Of a stretch of 64,000 bases of DNA, positions 50,702 to 60,605 are shown one piece after another. Origin of the DNA: Octopus sinensis (lineage: Eukaryota); contig NC_043006.1 in the NCBI RefSeq assembly GCF_006345805.1, forward strand, positions 53,258,001 to 53,322,000, written 5' to 3'. Numbering within the stretch: the first letter of the stretch is position 1; every line of letters starts with the position of its first letter. The position numbers and the translations under genes were made by a program. The notes beneath the pieces were generated by a model that had not been told where the DNA came from, did not search any database, and worked only from the letters and a program-made list of their open reading frames with translations.

Positions 50702-50953
50702 ATGTAATACCAAGCGCAACCAAAAGTATCAGTGGGGAGGCGGGGCTCGTGGGGTCCGAGCTAAACCCGCACCCACTCCACCCGTAATGTCTTCCGGTCT
50801 GTCCCATCATTCGATTTCTGTCCATTTATTGTAATTTCATGAAAATTTTAAAATCCGTTTTATTGTAAAAACCCATTCGTGTGTCTGACCCCATCATCAG
50901 ATTGTATTGTCCCATCTATGTTCGCCCCTTGTGGGTAATAATAAAACAACCTG

Positions 50954-51250
50954 GAGGAAAGCACCATCGAAAAGTGTCTTGGTGCGACTATGAAAGATAT
51001 CTAACCAGAGGCGGTAAATTCTCCACAATAGAAGCAAGGTTCGAGTCAACGGAGCGTGTAAGAGAGTACTCGACTCGAACTTGCAAAGTGGAAATATTTT
51101 ATTTTTACCTTTATATCTGGGACGTAGGACGAGCCGGATAAAAATTTAAAATGCACCCCCCCCCCCAGAAGTTGAGGTAGGCTGGATTGTAGCCACACTT
51201 CTATACAAGAGGGAGGACAAGATACAATTGATCGAAATTGCAAGAGACGG
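50954..51250 (+). pseudogene. Older Tx1-type ORF1 relic, right half
   Basis: EESTIEKCLGATMK / YLTRGGKFSTIEARFEST / GRRTSRIKI..PPEVEVGWIVATLL aligns with IEKCLGDIMGKITYVSRGKKFGTVEVR..GRRGVRVKIPNIPPEVKTEWLATAIL of units 1-3. Confidence 0.75.
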
Positions 51251-51438
51251 GCTTACAATTCCAGTCTGTTATATATTTTGAGTATTGTTATCACTAGCGA
51301 TATCAAGATATAACTTTGTATTTTGTATTTTATGTGTAGATGTATATATATAGATGTACATGTAATATGTACACATATATATACACATATATACATGCAC
51401 TAGCACTATGACTCGGCAACGACGGGTCATAATGCTTG

Positions 51439-51849
51439 TCTATGTTAATTTTGTAACCCTTTAAAATGGAAGATAAGAAAGTTCATCTTTGGCACTTGAT
51501 GCTTTGGGAAGCAGACAAAAATTGCTGCAGCTCGGCTGGGATGTGTTACCCCACCCTCCATATTCACCAGATATTGCTCCTTCGGATTTCCACTTACTCA
51601 GGTCTCTGCAGAATAGTCTTAATGGTAAAAATTTCAATTCCTTGGATGACGTAAAAAGATACCTTAATGAATTCTTTGCCATGAAACCACCTCAATTCTG
51701 GGAAGCGGGTGTTTTCAAGTTAAAGGAATGATGGAGACGCACTGTGCAACAAAATGGTTCATATTTGGTTGATTAAAAATATAATGGCAAGTATTTATTG
51801 TCCTTTTTCTTTCCTTTAAAAATCGGCACAAACTTTCCGGACAACCCAA
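51439..51849 (+). mobile_element. Mariner deletion derivative, 3' part
   Basis: MEDKKVHLWH fused to LPHPPYSPDIAPSDFHLLRSL; 3' TIR aaaaatcggcacaaactttccggacaacccaa. Confidence 0.9.
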
Positions 51850-52269
51850 AAATAAGAAGGCAAGTTTGATTGACGTGTGGTTGAAATAGTTAACAGTTAG
51901 CAGTCTTATACTTGGCATGTTGGGTGGCAGTTGTTCAGTAGATTTTGTTTAAGATAAGACACAGAGGAAGGCTACAAAATGGAAATTTAAGAATTTTTAT
52001 AACTTTAGAGAAGGTTAGTGAGAAGTTGCTGGGTGTTACATCTATAGAATTTAATTCCTTTCATCTAACTGCTATTACCAATATCGCAAACATCAACATC
52101 TCCACCAAGCTAATAAAAGAATTTTTACATGGTCGACTGATTTGATAGCAACTGTAACTAAATCTTTCTCAAATCACACCCTACAGTTTTTATGAGAGAA
52201 CATATTGAATAACGTCTTCCTAAATATATTGTGTATATAAAATAAGATTGGATGGTCTAAGCTAAAATG

Positions 52270-52490
52270 CCTGTTCCTGGGCATGGATACATCGAAGCTC
52301 AGACATCTGGCAACTGACTTGGTAGATACCCACAAGATTATCCACCACCTTTCCAACAACAACCTTAGGCACTTTTTTTAATTGCATATGACAAACACTC
52401 GCAGACATGCTTATAAAATTTTTAAAAAAACAGCACCCATGACTTTCGGAAACTTATTTTCACACGCTCAGAATTACCCGCATCAAGTGT
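52270..52490 (+). mobile_element. CR1-clade LINE ORF2 C-terminal relic
   Basis: LGMDTSKLRHLATDLVDTHKII..FF..TRRHAYKI..DFRK resembles the CR1 L.L.SL..RR...DLI..YKI..TRGH..KL pattern. Confidence 0.6.
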
Positions 52491-53349
52491 TAGCTATTGA
52501 GACACTATATCCTTCAGAACTTCCATGCTTCCTGAAATCCGCCAACAGTATACCTGATGGTCTTTTTTTAATATATTTTTGTAGTGCACCTGAGCACTGT
52601 ATACAATAATTTCCTTCATTATATATCATTATATCATATGTCTGCTCGATCTGGGCTGGACTGGGGTTAAACAACAATATTATTAACATCACCACCATGA
52701 ATAACATTAATGCCACTCACCATCATCTCCTGAACTACTATCAATAACTACCGCCATCATCACCACCACCACCAATGACATAATTACCGCCAGCTAATAA
52801 TAGAACAAAGGATCGGCAACGGCGCTCGCGTTATGACCAAGTTCACGTTGATTGCCTCCGCAGTGGCCACCACCGATGAAGCCACTGCGTGGTGATTTGA
52901 CCTATTAAAATGACAACCAAATGTCTTTCATGACGATGACCACAGCTGGAATCCTTTTGACCATTGGACTATTCTTCCATGGTTAATACCGGGCAAGACA
53001 TCATCATCAATAACAACAACAATAGGTGTTCAAAAATAGATAGGTCAATGGAGAGAGTGCGCCATGTCCAAACTACGACACTTCATGCTACCACCTCCAC
53101 TCTATCATTACATGACTGAATGTGTAGTGTGATCCTCAGTTGGGCAGAGTCTTTGTATGATTAGAAAGAAGGATGTGTGAGTCGCGCTACATCATTCAGC
53201 TCTCTAACTTGTACCTCATGAGACTACTCGATCAAAACAACAACAATCATAACAATAACAGTAGCAAAATACAACATTCATCCTCTCTATCATTACATAA
53301 CATTTTCCTCCTTTACTGTGCTTATGCATCCACCTTTCCTTCACCTCAT

Positions 53350-53770
53350 GCCTATTTCTTTACTACCCACAAGGGGCTAAACACAGAGAGGACAAACAAG
53401 GACAGACAAACGGATTAAGTCGATTACATCGACCCCAGTGCGTAACTGGTACTTATTTAATCGACCCCGAAAGGATGAAAGGCAAAGTCGACCTCGGCGG
53501 AATTTGAACTCAGAACGTAGCGGCAGGCGAAATACCTGTTTCTTTATTACCCACAAGGGGCTAAACATAGAGGGGACGAACAAGGACAGACAAACAGATT
53601 AAGTCGATTACATCGACCCCAGTGCGTAACTGGTACTTAATTTATCGACCCCGAAAGGATGAAAGGCAAAGTCGACCTCGGTGGAATTTGAACTCAGAAG
53701 GTAACGACAGACGAAATACAGTTACGCATTTCTCCCGGCGTGCTAACGTTTCTGCCAGCTCGCCGCCTTT
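53350..53770 (-). mobile_element. Family C SINE dimer, both units with the Tx1-like tail
   Basis: Two cores and two tails; junction ggcgaaatacc|tgtttctttattacccacaagggg at ~53537. Confidence 0.9.
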
Positions 53771-54314
53771 CCTTCACCACATACCACCTGCCCGCTAAAT
53801 CTACTTCACATCTTCCTTGTATTCCTACTTCATTCCTCTCCTTTATCTCTCACCTACACATTACTATAACAACTAACTTTAATGTTGCAGTAATACTAAG
53901 GTGACCTCTGGTTAAAAGAACAGTTAGTAGTGCCAGAATATTATTGCATCATCGCCTTGTTTGTTTTCGGTTAAGAGGCAGGACTGAAATAGTAAAGAAG
54001 TTTGTCAAAATTAAAGTGTAATGTTGTTGTTGTCGCTGCTGCTGCTGCTGGCGGGGTAGTTGTGGTGGCAGCAGTACACGAGATAATGATGCTAGTAGCG
54101 ATGGCAAAGCAGATATTGTTAGTGTAGCAGAAATAATTGTATGAATTAGAAGTGCACGGTACCTTGAGCGAGTGACTTCTATCATGGCTTTGGGTTGATT
54201 AATATCTTGTAAGAGGAATTTGGTGGATAAAAACTGTGCAGATGCATGACGTATACACAGATATATACACATACTCCCCCTCACCATATATATATATTAC
54301 AAATGTTTCTTAGG

Positions 54315-54545
54315 TTTTTGAAAAACTAAAGCAATGCAAGTTAGTAAGGTGAAACGAACGAAATATAATGAGTCAGTGGTTTGCAATTTTATAATTTGAT
54401 ATTTCGGGGTTCAGGTCCGCTCATCAGGAAAGTGGTCTTCACTCCGAAATATCGAAGTGTATGATGAAAGTGCAAGCCATTAGCTTACCCTTATTTCTTT
54501 CGTTTCACCTTATTTAATAACGTGCATAGTTATAGCTTTTCAAAA
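54315..54545. mobile_element. Foldback element with a hammerhead motif at its centre
   Basis: Arms 54315-54410 and 54441-54545. Minus strand CACUUUC CUGAUGA GCGG-loop-CCCC GAA AUAU C at 54391-54434. Confidence 0.65.
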
Positions 54546-54629
54546 GTATAAATCATTTACTCTATATCACACAATGCTACATCTAAACTAAATATACATA
54601 CATACACACACACATACTGAACGAATGTA

Positions 54630-55140
54630 TGAACAGAGCAAAACAGATATGCTTTTTGTGGGTGATATAGCATTTGAGGTAGCATCATTGAATGATGCAC
54701 AGTTAATTGAGGATCATTTCTTACATGCTGCTAAAGCCTTTGACCTCGATATAAACTTAAAGAAAAGAAAAGTAATTAACCAACCTAAAAAATCCTAAGC
54801 AAAAGTCATTTATTCTACCCTTACTTTTCCAACGAATCACGTACAAGTGGGTGGGCATTATCTAAAATATTTAAGATCCTTTCCATCTTTGGATAACAGA
54901 ATTAATGCAAGTGCTTCTCTAGATGACGAAATTGTTAATAGGTTATCTAAAGTCACTGCTTCGTTTTGTAAACTGAAACCTTGTGTCTAGAACGAGAAGG
55001 ATTTTGCTCTAAAGACAAAATATGCGTAACGAGTTGTCTATTCTTTGTGGTTTTATCACTCTGAGACATGGGTTGTTCCTAGTTCTCATATACAACAGTT
55101 AGACCCTTCACAAATGTTACTTACAGAGCACCTGTGATTA
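54630..55140 (+). pseudogene. RTE-clade LINE reverse transcriptase C-terminal relic
   Basis: DMLFVGD (decayed ADD), AFDLDINLKK, SLDDEIVNRLSK..ASFCKL, HSETW follow the RTE pattern. Confidence 0.7.
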
Positions 55141-55456
55141 AACGTGGATGGACGAAGTTCATCATGTTGATCTTTTCAAGGAATGTGGCATCTTGATAAG
55201 AATTGAATCTTTTCTTCCAGCTCTTTATGTACTCAGTTCAAATTCCGCCGAGGCCAACTTTGTCTTTTGTCCTTTCGAGGCTGATAAAAAAATAAAAAAA
55301 CTGCCAGTTGATTACCGGGTTCGATGTAATCGACTAACCTACCCCGCTAAAATTGCTGATTCTAAATTAGAAAATTATTATTGTAGTTCTTTCTTGCGAG
55401 CAGCCACATTTCATAGAACTCTGTTTAAAAGATATTTACTTCCAGTACTACTTGAT

Positions 55457-55743
55457 GCGTGGAGGCACATGGTCTAGTGGTTAGAGCAGCGGACTTGCGC
55501 TCAAGGAATCGCGGGTTCGAATCTCAGACCGGGCGATGTGTGTGTTTAAGAGCGAAACACTTAAGCTCCACGCGACTCCATGGCGAACTTCTGCTGACTC
55601 TTTCACCACAAATTTCTCTCACTCTTTCCTCTTGCAGCTTACCTGCGACTGACCGGCGTCCCGTCCAGGCGGGGAATCTATACGCCAAGGAAACCGGGAA
55701 ACCGGCCCTTATGAGCCAGGCATGGCTCGAAAAGGAAAAAACA
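55457..55743 (+). mobile_element. tRNA-derived SINE, family A
   Basis: Same as 1439-1733. Confidence 0.88.
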
Positions 55744-55880
55744 AATTACTTGATGTGAAAAGGTTTTTCGCTTTCGATTTTTGCTGCAACAAAGACTTTT
55801 GAGTAGTTAGACGTTATCTGGGATGGAAAAGTAGTTTGATCTTAGATATTTTATTGTACACATATATTTTTGTAAATATT

Positions 55881-56230
55881 TCTTTTGCTTTGTTGCCTCC
55901 GGCTTTACGAAGGCGGAGGTATTGTTTTCAGTCGTGTTTGTTTGTTTGTCCGCGGACAAGATATCTCAAGAACCGCTGGATGGATTCAGATGAAACTTTC
56001 AGGGATGTTTAGCCTTGTGACTGGCACAAACTGATACTGGACAAGGATTCTGGATTATTTTTCCTGTTTTTTTAACTTAATTTTTGAGAGGAGTCGGGTT
56101 CATTTTCAGTCGAGAGCAGTCGAGTTTATTTGAAATATTATCATTTTAAAAATCCTATCCGGCTAATCTTTGAGAGGAGCCGGCGCCACCTCAGGTTGTT
56201 AGTAAGTTGTTCTACTGGTATTTTTCATAG
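55881..56230 (+). mobile_element. Probable Helentron-associated non-autonomous element (HINE/DINE-like)
   Basis: 5' hairpin cctccg..cttt/acgaag..cggagg followed by tattgttttcagtcg and a (GTTT)n tract. The 3' end is not defined. Confidence 0.5.
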
Positions 56231-56663
56231 TGTTAAGACGTGTAATTTTTGTGCTGAAATTTTGTGTTGTAATTTTGTGTTAGTGTTCGTTTGAACACTT
56301 TTGTGAACTGTCTTCGCTCTTTTGTGACAGCTTGTTTTGAAATGATGCTATACGAGCACTGCAGCTCTTCGGAGCTGTCCTCTTCGGAGCTGTCCTCTTC
56401 GGAGAAGAACTTGTAACATGTATTAAGAAAATAGATAAGAAAATGGAAGAGAAGAAAAGGTTTGCAATTGTTGCGGAGGTACAGAATAAGGAAGATGTTA
56501 AATAGAGAGAGAGTGGCGATGTAAAGTCGTCCCCTCATCAAGGAGTCATGAAAGTTAAGAACGAAAAAACGATTATCCACAAAGTTTATTGAACAGAAGC
56601 GAAGAAAATTGAAATTATGCCAACAGATAAAATAGAGAAGGCGTTGAAACCAATCTGGCAAGA

Positions 56664-56911
56664 TATTGCATACAGTTCTATATTTAAGAGATGAGGAATT
56701 ATGTACATTTTTTACATTATTTACATTCGACGGATATTTGTCCTCATCTTGTTTGTTGTTAACACAACGTTTCGGCTGATATTCCCTCCAGCCTTCATCA
56801 GGTGTCTTGGGGAAATTTCGAATCTGGGTTCCCATTCTTAAGGTATTTTTCGATATTATTATTATTATTATTATTATTGTTATTGTTCAGGTCATTGCTT
56901 GGAATCGAACA
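56664..56911 (-). mobile_element. Second copy of the hammerhead SINE (5'-truncated at the B-box)
   Basis: Reverse complement gttcgattccaagc..(AAT)n..aagacacCTGATGAaggctg..cagccGAAAcgttgtgtt..ctcttaaatatagaac. Confidence 0.85.
56761..56806 (-). ncRNA. Minimal type I hammerhead ribozyme
   Basis: GACAC CUGAUGA A GGCUG-loop-CAGCC GAA ACGU U GUGUU; the same stems as 10974-11019 despite loop and N7 changes. Confidence 0.82.
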
Positions 56912-58853
56912 ACATTAGTAAATTGAAGCCTTGGCTAATGCTACCATTGTTTCCAGAGCTCCACCGGTCCCAGCTCCGAGAATAGCCATAACGGAGGCAA
57001 ATGAAATCACCTAATCTTCTGTATTGTTGGCGTTAGTGACCAACGAAGAAGAGCACCGACAAGGCGAAGGGAACTGATCAGAAGTTTCGAAAAGCAATTC
57101 CATTTTATTGTGTTGCAGTCATGGGAGGAGTTGGACACTGGAGAAAAGGAGTAAATTACTGGGGATAGGAAAAAAGATGAGTACAGCCTTAAGGTGTGCA
57201 GGAAGTTGAATGTCTATTTTAAAGGAGCACAACACACCTGGTGTACATGAATTAGACGGTAATCCAAAGGCACGGCATTTATTAACTACTGAAAAAACTG
57301 AAGGGGGACAAAATAAATACTGTGCAAATTGAGGAGTAGATGAGGGAACTAGCATTAACTCAGGTGGTTGTTGAAAACAACGCAGACATTAGTAAAATGA
57401 TCGTAATCTAGGAGATACTTAAGGACACATTGCTCCGACAAAATTTACAGAGTGGAAGGTAGTTGGATTGGTAGGATGCCCTGATTTTTAATCCGGTAAT
57501 GGCTTCCCGCTCCTTTACAAGTGGATTGACCTTATTTGTTCTTATGTACTATATGTTTAACCTACTTTTTTTTATTTATTGCGTGCACTTTTACCTCATC
57601 CTGTGAGTGCGTACATTCCCATATGTTTTGTAACCCTTTCGGGCGACACGTTTTCTTTCGTGTATAAGGGCTCCTGTGACCAATAAAGAAAAGATTTATT
57701 ACGATTTCAAGTACACCAGTTGAAAAAGTTGGATTAAAATTTATAACCCCCCTAGTATAGTTATTCTAGATGTTATCTAACTATTATTAGCTTGAAATAA
57801 TACATACAGCTCCTGGGACTGTTTTCTCGAATTTTCTACCACTCAGGGGAAGGCGATGGTGGTAGTAGATGGTCGCCAGACTCCGTGTGTTAAAGTATTT
57901 ACTTTCGCCCATTTACGCTATCATTTCAATTTTTGTTTATTTTACACTAGCTGCAAGAATCCTGGAATTCGGAGTTTCTTTGCACATTGTTTAAACTAAT
58001 TTCCCGTTCTAAGCCCACCTATGATCAAAGGCATTTCAAATATGATTTTCAGGTATCGTATATCGTGAGTTATATTATCCAGTCTCTCGTTTTTTTTTGT
58101 TTTTTTTTAAGACGGTAAAGTATGATTTGAGGGAGGTTTGGATGATATTTCTCGCAGACCTAGTAACAATGTAAAGGCTGGTGGGAGATGTTTTGACGGC
58201 AGTCATGTTTTGCTCAAATGGTTTGACATCATTAATTGAAGTTAAATGGTTTCCAACTGAGAAATCTAAACGCACAGTAATCTCTCTCTTTTTCTTTCTA
58301 TCTGAAAGTGCTTTAGCTTTTGAAGTATATCTTTTACGTTCGTGGTAAATATAAGTTCTTACTTTGACACAAAATCAGATAGGTGTAAGATGTATGCGAT
58401 CGACTAAACCATTCTCAAAATTTGTATGCTACTGAAAATAAAAGCCAGCTGTGACGGAATCTGAACTCAGATCACAGAAAATACAGCAACGCATTTCATT
58501 CAATTTTTTACTGTTTCTGCCGACTCCCAACTCCGTGAATTTTACACTAATTAATAACTTACAAAATTAACAAACAAGGCTACAAACTTACAGGTGTTTT
58601 ATTATGTCGAATTACTCGAAGACTAATAGATAAGTGATTTGTATTTCATTGAGAGCTTCCAAGGAAAAAAGACATACTCAATATCACTTTTAATGATTTG
58701 AACTCGGAACATAAAAAAAATATACTTAAATGCTACATTACATCTAGTTCGACAGTCTGCTGTTTCTACCAAATTTAAACTAAATAATAATTTTTAATAT
58801 TTCATTTTTGGATTTGGTTAGCAAGATTCTTTATGAGTTCGTGTGTTGAAGCA

Positions 58854-58982
58854 TATTCTGTTGTGTCTGGGGAGAGTCATTTTAGGAAAATAAAAATAAG
58901 AAATAAGTGGAAATTTCACCGGTGAGTGTGTTACATTATAAGGCACAAAAAGAAAATGACTCTCCCCAGACACAACAGAATA
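58854..58982. repeat. Perfect 30-bp inverted repeat (short foldback derivative)
   Basis: tattctgttgtgtctggggagagtcatttt (58854-58883) and its reverse complement (58953-58982). Confidence 0.85.
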
Positions 58983-59234
58983 ATTCTTAATATTTTCTTC
59001 AAAATCCTCTTCTGTTTGCATAAGGAGTAGACCATAATGTCACTGAAGTTGTGCACTCACCGCTAACCAATCTACTTCAGCCGTTGATTCCTGATAATTT
59101 TTCTAGTCGGCAGAGGAAGAGAAATGGCCACAAGCCTCCCCAGTCTTTGAGACTGGTGGAAAGAATAGGGGAAATAATCCTCAGATCGGAGGACTGACCA
59201 TGTGGTCGTGTTACACAAGGATAATGTAACGTTC

Positions 59235-60330
59235 AAGGCGGCGTGTTGGCAAAATCGTTAACATGCCGGACAAAATGCTTAGCAGCATTTTGTCCGTATT
59301 TACTTTCTAAGTTCCAATTCCACCGAGGTCGACTTTGTCTTTCGGAATTGATAAAATAAGTACCAGTTGAACAATGGGGTCACTGTAATTGGCTTTCCCC
59401 TCCCACTGAATTTCTAACCTAGTGCCAAAATTTGAAATCAGTATTATTCCTACGTCCTTTCCTAAAAACAGCAGCAACACCACCGCCATATGCAGTACCC
59501 TAATTAAGAAAATATACCATTGTCATCCACACCAACCACAATTCTCACTACCATCTCCACTACAAATACTACCTTCAACATCACCACTACAACCACCGCC
59601 ACTTTCACTACCACACTTGTAATTCCACACACCCACAGCCAATATCATCACCACTCTTACCCGCTACATACCACCATACTACCATTACCGCCGCCAACAC
59701 CACCACCACCAGTTGTACAAGTAGTAGGTAAAAGTATATAACCATAGCAGCAGTGACGATCAGATTAAACGTCTGTCAGTAATAGTAAACCTTTGATAAT
59801 ATTTTTTCTAGTTGATACGATATTAACCATACAAACAACGATTGTCACCTTGCCAGTTAGCATATCTTTGGCACAGAAACGACGTTTATAAAGACATCAC
59901 CCGTGCTAGGAGGCGAGCAAGAAATATCTTCCAGTTCTTTACATACTGAGTTCAAATCCTGCCGAGGCTAACTTTGCCGTTCTTCATTTCGGAGTCAATA
60001 AGATACCATTTAAATATTGGTTGATAGCCGAATGGAATCGACTAACACCCTCCTCTCAAAATTACTGGCCCTGTTGTCTAAATCAATAACCTCTCGTAAT
60101 TATGTTGCTGTTTGTTAGGAAGGCGAATAACCAGAAGCATTAGGAATGCCGGACAAAATGCTTAGCGGTATTTCTTCCGGCTTTACGTTCTGAGTCAAAT
60201 CCCGCCAAGATTAACTTTATCTTTCATCCTCTCGAGTCGATAAAATAAGTACCAATCAAGTACTGAGGTTGGTATAATCGATTTACCCCTCCCTTAAAAG
60301 TAGCTGCTGCCAAAATTTGAAAAAAATTTG
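59235..60330 (+). mobile_element. Three diverged family C SINE copies (about 59235-59445, 59940-60090, 60115-60330) around a CAC-rich low-complexity tract
   Basis: Each has the gagttcaaat..gccgagg..actttg..gataaaataagtacca core and an alternative-type tail. Confidence 0.7.
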
Positions 60331-60508
60331 ATTACTGTTTAATGTGGATTACTGTTTAATGTGGATTAGCGTCTGCTGAACTATGACCCAGCAGATCCAC
60401 ACGGGACAAAAGACTTTATTATCGTAAAATATGGAGGAAATCTTTAGTTTCTGGACGTGACTTAACACAGCACAAAATGATTTCTAAATAATATAATATA
60501 ATATATAT

Positions 60509-60605
<97 letters not shown>

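Larger units (their letters stand above)
45710..50953 (+). mobile_element. Full-length Tx1/L1-group non-LTR retrotransposon (5244 bp)
   Basis: 5' UTR, ORF1, ORF2 (APE-RT-CCHC), 3' UTR with AATAAA and no poly(A); bounded by ACCTG. Confidence 0.93.
39582..51438 (+). mobile_element. Non-autonomous Helitron expanded by nested LINEs
   Basis: 5' A|TCtctctatatataaaact..gtctgtctg; internal ~147-bp tandem dimer 39633-39920; 3' hairpin tatgactcg-gcaacga-cgggtcata (51407-51431) then CTTG|T. Inserted between A and T. Confidence 0.82.

Noticed and set aside
56233-56835. 200-aa minus-strand ORF
   Set aside because: It runs across the hammerhead SINE and adjacent repeat DNA including a 15-bp tandem repeat; a chance chimera with no protein motif.
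56930-57520. GC-richer stretch that might be an LTR-retrotransposon relic
   Set aside because: No RT, RNase H or integrase motif and no LTR pair could be identified by eye.
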